Shown: piece after piece, positions 24,001-36,200 of the stretch
Numbering within the stretch: position 1 is the stretch's first letter
Layout of the letters: every line of letters starts with the position of its first letter
NCBI RefSeq assembly: GCF_044704955.1
Contig: NC_091980.1
Location: forward strand, 7,130,001-7,194,000
Reading direction: 5' to 3'
DNA length: 64,000 nucleotides
Origin: Pristiophorus japonicus
Taxonomy: Eukaryota
The notes under the pieces: generated by a model
The model's database searches: none
Told to the model about the DNA's origin: nothing
The model's input: only the letters and a program-made list of their open reading frames with translations
Translations under genes and position numbers: made by a program

Positions 24001-27000
24001 GTCGGAACAGCAGCATAATTTTGGCACCCTTTGTATTTACCTGATGCTTTATCTCATCCTCAGGACATCTTCGTAGGCAATGAGTTACTTTTGAAGATCA
24101 GTCACTCTTGTTAAGTAGGCCGAACCCAACAGCCAATTTTGCGCACCACAAGATCCAGCAAATCAGTGAAGGAGATAACCAGCTACTTAAGAACATAAGA
24201 ATTAGAAGCAGGAGTCGGCCATTCGGCCCCTCGAGCCTGCTCCGCCATTCAATCAGATCATGGACTCAGCTCCACTTCCCTCCCCGCTCCCCATAACCCT
24301 TCACTCCCTTATCGTTAAAATCTGACCATCTCCGCCTTAAATATATTCAATGACCCAGCCTCCACAGCTCCCTGGGGTAGAGAATTCTGAAGATTCGCGA
24401 CCCTCTGAGTGAAGAAATTCCTCCTCATCTCTGTGTTAAATGGGCGACATCCCCACCTTCACCTGGGAGTCCCTGGCCCCATAAAACTACCGGATTTTCG
24501 TAAAAACCCATCTGGTTCACGAATGTCCTTTAGAGAAGGAAATCTGCCGTCCTTACCCGGTCTGGGCCAATGTTTGATTCCAGACCCACAGCAATGTGAT
24601 TCACTCTTAACATAAGAACATAAAAAACATAAGAAATAGGAGCAGGAGTCCACCATTCGGCCCCTCGGCCTGCTCCGCCATTTAATAAGATCACGGCTGA
24701 TCTTCGACCTCAACTCTATTTTCCTGCACTAACCCCATATCCCTTGATTCCCTTAATAGCCAAAAGTCTTGAATATACTCAATGATTGAGCCTCCACAGC
24801 CCTCTGGGGCAGAGAATTCCAAAGATTCACCACCCTCTGAGTGAAGAAATTCCTCCTCATCTCAGTCCTAAATGGCCGACCATTTTGGTGTTGGTTGGGT
24901 TTTTTTTTTAATTAATTCATTCATTTATACCAGTGCGACATTTTCCTTTCTTGACTTTCGCTGCTGAAGTTTACCTTTGGTTTGACACTCTTCGGGTCAA
25001 TGTAAGCAATAGGCATGTCCATCATCATTGGTCTCAGACGCATCATAGGTTTAGGCCCTGAAGAAATAAAATGCAATGACATTTTTTTGAGTACATCTCA
25101 TAGAATCACAGAACAGCACTGCACAGAAGGAGGCCATTCGGCCCATCGAGTCTGCGCCGGCTCTATTCGAAGAGCGATCCAGTCAGTTCCACTGCCCCCT
25201 GCTCTTTCCCCATATCCCTGCAATCTTTTCTCCTTCCAAGTCTTTATCCAACTCCCTTTTGAAGGCTACGATTAAATCTGTATCCATCGCCCTCTCAGGC
25301 CATGCGTTCCAGATCCTAACCACTCGCTGCGTAAAAAAGTTTTTCCTCATGTCGCCTTTGGTCCTTTTGCTAATCACCAATCTGTGCCCACTGGTTCTTG
25401 ACCCTTCAGTATTATGAACACCTCGATTAAATCCGCCCTCCTTGACCTCCTCTGCTCCAAGTAAAATAATCCCAACTTTTGCAATCTCTCCACATCACGG
25501 TACGCACCATAAGGGAAGGATCACTCAGTTGATTCCAGAGACGAAGAGTTTGTCTTATGAAGAAAGGTTGAGCAGGTTGGGCCTATACTCATTGGAGTTT
25601 AGAAGAATGAGAGGTGATCTTATTGAAACGTATAAGATACTGAGGGGGCTTGACAAGGTAGATGCAGAGAGGATGTTTCCCCCCGTGGGGGAATCTAGAA
25701 CTAGGGGGCATAGTTTCAGAATAAGGGGCCACCCAGTTAAAATGGAGATGAGGAGGAATTTCTTCTCTCAGAGGGTCGTGAATCTTTGGAATTCTCTGCC
25801 CCAGAGAGCTGTGGAGGCTGGGCCATTGAATATATTTAAGGTGGAAATAGATTTTTGAACGATAAGGGAGTCAAGGGTTATGGGGAGCGGGTGGGGAAGT
25901 GGAGTTGAGGCCAGGATCAGATCAGCCATGATCTTATTGAATGGCGGAGCAGGAGTAGGCCAATTGGCCTCTCGAGCCTGGAGCAAGAGTAGGCCATTTG
26001 GCCCCTCAAGCCTGGAGCAGGAGTAGGCCATTTGGCCCCTCGAGCCTGGAGCAGGAGTAGGCCATTTGGCCCCTTGAGCCTGGAGCAAGAGTAGGCCATT
26101 TGGCCCCTCGAGCCTGGAGCAGGAGTAGGCCATTTGGCCCCTCGAGCCTGGAGCATGAGTAGGCCATTTGGCCCCTCGAGCCTGGAGCTGGAGTAGGCCA
26201 TTTGTCCCCTCGAGCCTGGAGCAAGAGTAGGCCATTTGGCCCCTCGAGCCTGGAGCAGGAGCAGGCCATTTGGCCCCTCGAGCCTGGAGCAGGAGCAGGC
26301 CATTTGGCCCCTCCTGCTCCAGGCTCGAGGGGCCAAATGGCCTACTCCTGCTCCTGCTCCTATTTCTTATGTTCTTATGATGGGTTATGGGAAACAGGCA
26401 GGGAAATGGAGTTGAGGCCAAGATCAGAACAGCCATGATCTTATTCAATGGTGGAGAAGACTCGAGTGGAATCACCTGGAGAGTTATTTTTTTTTAAAAT
26501 CAGATTTTGAAACCTTTCTCCTTTCAATGGCGGGGCTGAGTTTGGCTTTCAGTCAGGTTGACGTCGCCAGTACTGTGCGCTCTGCAATCTATTTACTATC
26601 GCTCCGCATCAAGTGGCTGCAGATTTATTTGTGAGTTTACCAAAAATATGAACATGCGGACAATGACGGACAGGTAAAGACCATCTGGCCCATTGAGCCT
26701 AACCCACACAATTGCCATACCCCGTGTATCACAACATATACACTCCGCCCTGTAATGTCTGCAAGCTTGTCATGTTTGTAGCTCCACACTGTGGATGTGG
26801 ACGTATTGTGCACTGCAACTACTGAGTTAATAATTAAACAGAGCCAGGCATGTTAAGGAGGCTTCCGAGAGAGCTGCCTGCCATGTTAGAAGCTGTGTGA
26901 ATATATCACACGCCCCACCCGAAACCCTGTGATCTTCTGGGAGAGGCCAAAAAACAGATAAAAAACCCAAGCCAATTGGAGAAGAAAAATCTGGGCAATT

Positions 27001-30000
27001 CCTCTCCAACCCATCTTGGCGATCGACACTAGTCCAGGAGATCCCTCTGGCCATTGAATTCCCTGCAGTACCGACCTTCTGTAAGAGTTAATCTCCGCCG
27101 CAACAAGGAACAAATCCAACTCTCGCTCGAAGGACTTCAGTGAGTCTGTCTCCACCACATGAGACGGCAGCGTGTTTCAGGGGTCGACTACTCTCTGGGA
27201 AAAGAACCACCTCCTGACATCTAACCTAGATCTAGCCCCATACAACTTAAATTTGTGCCCGTCCTGCCTAAACTATTTAATTTAAATAAACTCTCAGCTG
27301 GAACACCGTTTATTCCCTTCATTATCTTATAAACCTCAATCAGCTCCAAGCTAAGTTTACGCTAATGGTTGAGTTGAAAGAAAAAGAGAGAGTGGAGGGG
27401 AGGTACGTACTGGCTGGGCTCCGATACTTGTCCTCGATCCTATGTGTGGTCTTCTGCAGCTCGGTTATCTTGTCCTGTTGCTTCAGCAAGAACATGACGC
27501 TGGCAATTTGTCCTGCGATCAATACGGCGGCCAGCACCGACACGCCCGTCCAAAGCAGGGTCCGAGACCACCTGCTGCTGCTGGAATAGAGAGCAGACAC
27601 ATGAGTCGGAGGAACACAGTACCGCACCGTCACAGATACAATCAGAGATACTTACAGAAGGAGGCTATTCGGCCCCTCGTGCCTGTGCCGGCTTCTTGTG
27701 TCAGCTGTGGCTCAGTGGGTAGCTCACTCATCCAAATCTATCCACATACACCAGCAGGTTGTGGGTTCAAGTCCCGCTCCAGGGACTTGAGCACAAAATT
27801 CTAGGCTGACACTCCAGTACAGTGCTGAGGGAGCGCTGCACTGTCGGAGGGTCAGCGCTGAGGGATCGCCGCACTGTCGGAGGGTCAGTACTGAGGGAGC
27901 GCCGCACTGTCGGAGGGGCACTGCTGAGGGAGCGCCGCACTGTCGGAGGGGCAGTACTGCGGGAGCGCCGCACTGTCGGAGGGGCAGCGCTGAGGGATCG
28001 CCGCACTGTCGGAGGGTCAGTACTGAGGGAGCGCCGCACTGTCGGAGGGGCAGTGCTGAGGGAGCGCCGCACTGTCGGAGGGGCAGTGCTGAGGGATCGC
28101 CGCACTGTCGGAGGGGCAGTGCTGAGGGAGCGCCGCACTGTCGGAGGGGCAGTGCTGAGGGATCGCCGCACTGTCGGAGGGGCAGTGCTGAGGGAGCGCT
28201 GCACTGTTGGAGGGGCAGTGCTGAGGGAGCGCTGCACTGTCGGAGGGGCAGTGCTGAGGGAGCGCTGCACTGTTGAAAGTGCCATCTTTCGGATGAAACG
28301 TTAAACCAAGGCCCCGCCTGCTCTCTCAGGTGGATGTAAAAGATCCCATCGCACTATTTCGAAGAGGAGCAGGGGAGTTCTCCCCGGTGTCCTGGGGCCA
28401 ATATTTATCCCTCAATCAACATAACAAAAAAAAACAGATTATCTGAGTCATCATCACATTGCTGTGTGTGGGAGCTTGCTGTGCACGAATTGGCTGCCGC
28501 GTTTCCCACATTACACTACACTCCAAAATATTATTGGCTGTAAAGCGCTTTGAGACGTCTGGTGGTCATGAAAGGCGCTATATAAATGAAAGTCTTTCTT
28601 TTGGAAGAGCAGTCGTGGATTTTATCCAGAACCCTGTAAGTTCCTCATTCTCCAGTATCTGTCCAACTTATAGGATTACATCGGGATATACAGCATAGAA
28701 ACAGGCCATTCGGCCCAACCAGTCCATGCCGGCGTTTATGCTCCACTCGAGCCTCCTCCCGTCTTTCCTCATGTAACTATCAGCGTAACCCTCTATTTCC
28801 TTCTCCCTCATATGTTTATCCAGCCTCCCCTTAAATGCATCGATACTATTCGCCTCAACCACTCCCTGTGGCAGCGAGTTCCACATTCTCACCCCTCTCT
28901 GGGTAAAGAAGTTTCTCCTGAATTCCCGGTTGGATTTCTTGGTGACTATCTTATATTGATGGGATGAATATTGCCCAGGGACCGGGGATAACTCCCCTGT
29001 TCTTCCTCGAAATAGTGCCACCTGACAGAGCAGACGGGGCCTTGGTTTAATGTCTCACCCGAAAGACAACACCTCCGACAGTGCAGCACTCCCTCAGTAC
29101 TGCCCCTCCGACAGTGCAGCACTCCCTCAGTACTGCCCCTCCGACAGTGCAGCACTCCCTCAGTACTGCCCCTCCGACTGTGCAGCACTCCCTCAGTACT
29201 GCCCCTCCGACAGTGCAGCACTCCCTCAGTACTGCCCCTCCGACAGTGCAGCACTCCCTCAGTACTGCTCCTCCGACAGTGCAGCACTCCCTCAGTACTG
29301 CCCCTCCGACAGTGCAGCGCTCCCTCAGTACTGCCCCTCCGACAGTGCAGCGGAGTCCCTCAGTACTGCCCCTCCGACAGTGCAGCACTCCCTCAGTACT
29401 GCCCCTCCGACAGTGCAGCGGAGTCCCTCAGTACTGCCCCTCCGACAGTGCAGCGCTCCCTCAGTACTGCTCCTCCGACAGTGCAGCACTCCCTAACTAC
29501 TGTACTGGAGTGTCAGCCAGGATTTTTGTGCTCGAGTCTCTGGAGTGGGACTTGAACCTACAACCGTACGACTCAAGAGTTGAGGATGTTGCCCACTGAG
29601 TCACAGCTGAAGATTCGTCCTCAATCCCGGGAGCTTTGGCAACCTTACTAAGGGCTTCTCTTGTTTTCCCTCGACTGTAGCCTTTCTTGATAACTCAAAT
29701 CATCTGACCCGAGGGATCAGTGCCTTGGTCATTCTCCGCAGTACTTCCAGACATATTTGTCCTTGTGCCCAAAACTCTTTCAGCGTGACAGACTCAGATT
29801 CAGGCTGTACTGATCCTGGTGAATGCTGGTCCACTTGCAACGCCAGCCTCTCCCCTAGTCCGTCGGTCACCAGTCAATGGGGCCGAAATTCAGCTCCCGA
29901 GCGAGGCCCGTTAATGGCGGAGCCGAGCGGCCGCCGATTTCTGGTCGGATGGGCGCCGCGAGCTAAATTCAGCTCGGGGGAGGGGGTGGGGGGTTTTCTG

Positions 30001-30256
30001 GCGTTCCCACTTCCGTCCCGCCACTGCCCAGCGGCTATGAGTGTGTCATCGGTGCGCGCACGGCCGGGAACCCCCACCTCCCATGGAATTCAGCCCGTAA
30101 AATGTTCCTCTGTCGGCGAACCTTTGATTGCCTCCGTAATCCCTGGCGCCGCGGCGGCCATTAAAGGCGAGGGCCCAATGCCATGGCCGCCATTTTATTT
30201 ATTTTTTTTGCCGGCCGACTTTGATGTCTGCCGGACAATTGTCCACCCCCTGCCTG

Positions 30257-30293
<37 letters not shown>

Positions 30294-33200
30294 TGGGTGC
30301 CAGGCCGCTGGCCCGGCTGAAACCCTCCCTGGTGGCCCAGTGTCCGATCGCGACTGATGGCCGATTCTCTCCCCTTTAACGGAGGCGAGAGACGCGGTGA
30401 CACCACGTATATCGGTCAATTTCATGGACGATTGTCACCACCGCTGAGTGACAGCGACAGAGAATCCGTCCCTCACCCCACTTCCGCCCCTCACCAACAC
30501 TTACCGCTGTACTTCCGCGCCCGTTATGACCGACTTCCTGGCCGATTTATCAAAAAAAAGACAAAGAACTGAATTTCGGACCTCATCCAAAATGGCGGTA
30601 AAAACACAACACTTTGAGAAAGGTAGGGGGCGCTAGGTTTCCGGCGGGGCAGAATTTTGGCCCCAATGAGTGACTATAGCTCCCCTTTCTACCTCCCCAT
30701 GTGTAAGGCCCTGCACCTTTATTGACTTCATTCTCTCAAATAATTACCGATGCAGTATAATGTGGATAAATGTGAGGTTATCCACTTTGGTGGCAAAAAA
30801 ACATGAAGGCAGAATATTATCTGAATGGCGGCAGATTAGGAAAAGGGGAGATGCAACGAGACCTGGGTGTCATGGTACATCAGTTATTGAAAGTTGGCAT
30901 GCAGGTACAGCAGGCGGTGAAGAAGGCAAATGGAATGTTGGCCTTCATAGTTAGGGGATTTGAGTATAGGAGTAGGGAGGTCTTACTGCAGATGTACAGG
31001 GCCTTGGTGAGCCATGACCTGGAATATTGTGTTCAGTTTTGGTCTCCTAATCTGAGGAAAGACATTCTTGCTATTGAGGGAGTGCAGCGAAGGTTCACCA
31101 GACTGATTCCCGGGATGGCAGGACTGACATATGAGGAGAGACTGAATCGACTGGGCCTGTATTCACTGGAGTTTAGAAGGATGAGAGGAGATCTCATAGA
31201 AACATAAAATTCTGATGGGACTGGACAGGTTAGATGCAGGAAGAATGTTGGGGAAGTCCAGAACCAGGGGTCACAGCCTAAGGATAAGGGGTAAGCCATT
31301 TAGGACCGAGAGGATGAGAAACTTCTTCACTCAAGAGTTGTGAACCTGTGGAATTCTCTACCACAGAGAGTTGTTGATGCCAGTTCGTTAGATATATTCA
31401 AGAGGGAGTTAGATATGGCCCTTACGGCTAAAGGGATCAAGGGGTATGGAGAGAAAGCAGGAAAGGTGTATTGAGGTGAATGATCAGCCATGATCTTATT
31501 GAATGGTGGTGCAGGCTCGAAGGGCCGAATGGCCTACACCTGCACCTATTTTCTATGTTTCTATGTTACCGATGCTGTCCAGTTCGATAAATCCGCGCCC
31601 GTTTCACCAGACTGCAACAGACCCCACCCCATTTATGCCAATCATCCATGAAATTGACCGATATACGTCGTGTTTCCAGAATTTTGTAGATTAATGATCA
31701 CACTTAAGTGATTTATTATATGAGATAAAAATCAATCTCAATGGCCAATTATGGAACGGAGTCTGACCAGGAATGTCCCAGGGGTTTCCCCACTCAGCTC
31801 GTGCTATCAGGGGCCAAGGGTCAATCGTCAATCTGCCAACAAAGGGCTGATGATACAAGGCCACACCCGGAGTACTGTGTACAATTTTGGCCTCCGTATT
31901 TAAGGAGGGATATACTTGCATTGGAGGCAGTTCAGAGAAGGTTCACTCGGTTGATTCCCGAGATGAGGGGGTTATCATATGAAGAAAGGTTGAGCAGGTT
32001 GGGCCTGTACTCATTGGAGTTTAGAACAATGAGAGGTGATCTTATTGAAATGTATAAGGTTCTGAGGGGGCTTGACAGGGTAGATGCAGAGAGGATGTTT
32101 CCCCTCATGGGGGAATCTAGAACTAGGGGGCATAGTTTCAGAATAAGGGGTCGCCCATTTAAAATGGAAATGAGGAGGAATTTCTTCTCTCAGAGGGTTG
32201 TAAATCTGTGGAATTCTCTGCCCCAGAGAGCTGTGGGGGCTGGGTCATTGAATATATTTAAGGCGGAGATAGACAGATTTTTGAACGATAAGGGAGTGAA
32301 GGGTTATGGGGAGCGGGCAGGGAAGTGGAGCTGAGTCCATGATCGGATCAGCCATGATCGTATTAAATGGCGGAGCAGGCTCGAGGGGCCAAATGGCCGA
32401 CTCCTGCTCCTATTTCTTATGTTCTTATGGTCAATCTGCCAACAAAGGGGGCAATGGTCAATGTGTAATATGGTCAAAGAGGGGAGGCAGAGAGGTTTAG
32501 GGAGGGAATCCTAGAGGTTGGGGCCCAGGCAGCTGAAGGCACGGCCACCGACGGTGAAGGGATGGAAATCGGGGAATGCTCAAGGGGCCGGAATTGGAGG
32601 AGTGCAGCGATCTCGGGGGGGGGGGGGGGGCGGTTGTGGGGCTGGAGGAGGTTACAGAGTAGGAAGGGGGCGAGGCCATGGAGGGAGTTGAACAGGAGGA
32701 TGAGAATGTTTAATTTGAGGTGTAACTGGACTGGGATGTTTCGGGAGCTGCCTTGATTTGCAGGAGGGAGTTTCAGCAAAAAGGATTGTGCTCGTGACTC
32801 ATTTTTATTTAACGAAGGATGGTATTAAAAATTGGACAATAAATGGAAATTCCCTCCTTTCTGAAAATGAAACTTTCACAACCGGCAGTCAGGACTTCTG
32901 GAAGCTTCCACTGGTCTTGTATACCAAATATTAACTAAAGTAATTCAAGGGACACCTCGTCCTTGTAAGTAACCATTTCTCCTTTCTTTCACTCAGTGGG
33001 CAGCACCCTCGCTTCTGAGTCAGAAGGTTGTGGGTTCAAGTCCCACTCCCAGGACATGAGCACATAATCCAGTCTGACACTCCCAGTGCAGTACTGAGGG
33101 AGCGTCGCACTGTCGGAGGGGCAGTGCTGAGGGAGCGCTGCACTGTCGGAGGGACAGTGCTGAGGGAGCGCCGCACTGTCGGAGGGGCAGTGCTGAGGGA

Positions 33201-36200
33201 GCGCTGCACTGTCGGAGGGGCAGTGCTGAGGGAGCGCCGCACTGTCGGAGGGGCAGTGCTGAGGGAGCGCCGCACTGTCGGAGGGGCAGTGCTGAGGGAG
33301 CGCTGCACTGTCGGAGGGACATAGAAACATAGAATATAGGTGCAGGAGTAGGCCATTCGGCCCTTCGAGCCTGCATCGCCATTCAATAATCTGCCATGCA
33401 TTTGCCCACTCACCTAACCTGTCCAAGTCACCCTGCAGCCTCTTAGCGTCCTCCTCACAGCTCACACCGCCACCCAGTTTAATGTCATCTGCAAACTTGG
33501 AGATATTACACTCAATTCCTTCATCTAAATCATTAATGTATATTGTAAAGAGCCGGGGTCCCAGCACTGAGCCCTGCGGCACACCACTAGTCACTGCCTG
33601 CCATTCTGAAAAGGACGCGTTTATCCCGACTCTGCTTCCTGTCTGCCAACCAGTTCTCTATCCACGTCAGTACATTACACCCAATACCATGCGCTTTGAT
33701 TTTGCACACCAATCTCTTGTGCGGGACTTTGTCAAAAGCCTTTTGAAAGTCCAAATACACCACATCCACTGGTTCTCCCTTGTCCATTCTGCTAGTTACA
33801 TCCTCAAAAAATTCCAGAAGATTCGTCAAGCGTGATTTCCCTTTCATAAATCCATGCTGACTTGAACCGATCCTGTCACTGCTTTCCAAATGCGCTATTT
33901 CATCTTGAATAATTGATTCTAACATTTTCCCCACTACTGATGTCAGGCGAACCGATGTATAATTACCCGTTTTCTCTCTCCCTCCTTTTTTAAAAAGTGG
34001 TGTCACATTAGCTACCCTCCAGTCCATAGGAACTGATCCAGAGTCGATAGACTGTTGGAAAATGATCACAAATGCATCCACTATTTCTAGAGCGTCTTTA
34101 TTGAGTATCTGGGATGCAGACTATCAGACCCCGGGGATTTTTCGGCCTTCAATCCCTAACACAATTTCCCACCTAATAAGGATATCCTTCAGTTCCTCCT
34201 TCTCACTCAACCCACTGTCCCCTAATATCTTCGGAAGGTTATTTGTGTCTTCCTTCGTGAAGACAGAACCGAAGTATTTGTTCAATTAGTCTGCCATTTC
34301 TTTGTTCCCCATTACAAATTCACCTGAATCCGACTGCAAGGGACCTACGTTTGTCTTCACTAATCTTTTTATCTTCACATATTTATGTGAAGTATTGAGG
34401 TAGCGCTCCACTGTCGGAGGGGCAGTACTGAGGGAGCGCCGCACTGTCGGAGGGGCAGTACTGAGGGAGCACCGCACTGTCGGAGGGGCAGTACTGAGGG
34501 AGCGCCGCACTGTCGGAGGGGCAGTACTGAGGGAGCACCGCACTGTCAGAGGGTCAGTACTGAGGGAGCGCCGCACTGTCAGAGGGTCAGTACTGAGGGA
34601 GCGCCGCACTGTCGGAGGGGCAGTACTGAGGGAGCGCCGCACTGTCGGAGGGGCCGCCTTTCGATTGAGACGTTTAACTGAGGCCCCGTCTGCTCTCTCA
34701 GGTGGATGTAAAAGATCCCACGGGCGCTATTTCGAAGAAGAGCAGGGGAATTATCCCTGGTGTCCCGAGCCCAATATTTATTCCTCAAACAACATAACAA
34801 AAAAACAAATTATTTGGTCATTATCTCATTGCTGTTTGTGGGAGCTTGCTGTGCTCAACTTGGCTGTCGCGTTTCCTACATTACAACAGGGACTACATGC
34901 CAAAAAAATTTTCATTGGCTGTAAAGTGCTTTGGAAATTGTGAAAGGCGCTATATAAATGCAAGTCCGTTTTTTCTTTCTTCAGTAATGCTAGTGTTGCT
35001 GGCTTTACTCATGTCCCAGGAATAACTTTTAAAAATTGCCCTTATAAAGTGTTCTATCAGGCCAAAGTATATCAGCAGTGTTTCTCAGGCACAATTGTGG
35101 AGTGCAGTGACTGTGATTCTGTCGGCAGCAGACGTGTTGTGCCAGTAATATTCAAAGACCAACGACCCATTAATTTGCGTGTTTATTCCTCTGTATTTCG
35201 GAGAGACAGACCATCAGGAGCAGAGCCCGGGAAATGAAGGATAAGAAGTTTACTTTCAAAGATGATGAAACGTCCTGGGTAACAGATCAGTCAGGGTGGG
35301 CCTGGTGATTAAATGGGTTAGAATTTGGATTTATCCCGCAATCCGCAAAGTGGATCGCTCACGCATTGTCGAACCCGCCCAAGATCATTCCATTAAAAAT
35401 CGGGCGGGTTGTATAACGGGGGCGAGGGAAAGAGGTCGATTGTTTGTTCCCGATTACCACCCATTGGGGGAGGGAATCGGAAATTTACCCTGCCGTGAGT
35501 TTATAAGCAAAGATTGGCTTAAATACTCAAAACTGGTTGTAGAATCATCATCGAATCCCCGAATCTCTCAGCACAGGGGGAGGCCATTCGGCCCATCGTG
35601 CCTGTGGTGGCTCTTTGAGAGAGCGATCCAATCAGTCCCACTCCCAACACCATCCCCCCACCCCCCTTCCCCACAGTTGGTGCTCTTTCTGCTTGTTCTG
35701 GCTGCTGTGCACTTGCAAGGGAAGGCACGAAAGGGGATAACACAGTCATTAAAATCTGAGAAAATAACCATCTCCTCTACTTATTGAGCAGCGAAAGGTG
35801 AAAGGGCGTAAGGCTAAATTCAAGATACGGAAAACCCCTAAAAGGCAGGGGCAGGGGAGGGGAGGAACAAGACTGTGCAGTGATTTTCACAAGCTGAATT
35901 CGCCCTTTTTAAAATCTAATTCGTCTTTTGGATGAATCTTGTTGATTTACCAAGATTTATTTCACGGCCTAGTTCTTCACCGTTTCTGTGTCGCACCTGC
36001 TGACGGAGTTACAGCCATTTGAGAGTCGTGGAAACAACTACTGATTGACAACCAGCTGTCTCGAAGGCCGCTCATTGATTACCCGCTCGAAACATAACCT
36101 TGGGCCTAATGGATTATACACCACTGCTCTACATGTTGTGGGGTCAAACTTCATGGAGATTTCCTCCTAGGCCCGATTAAAATAAGATACCTTGAAGAAC

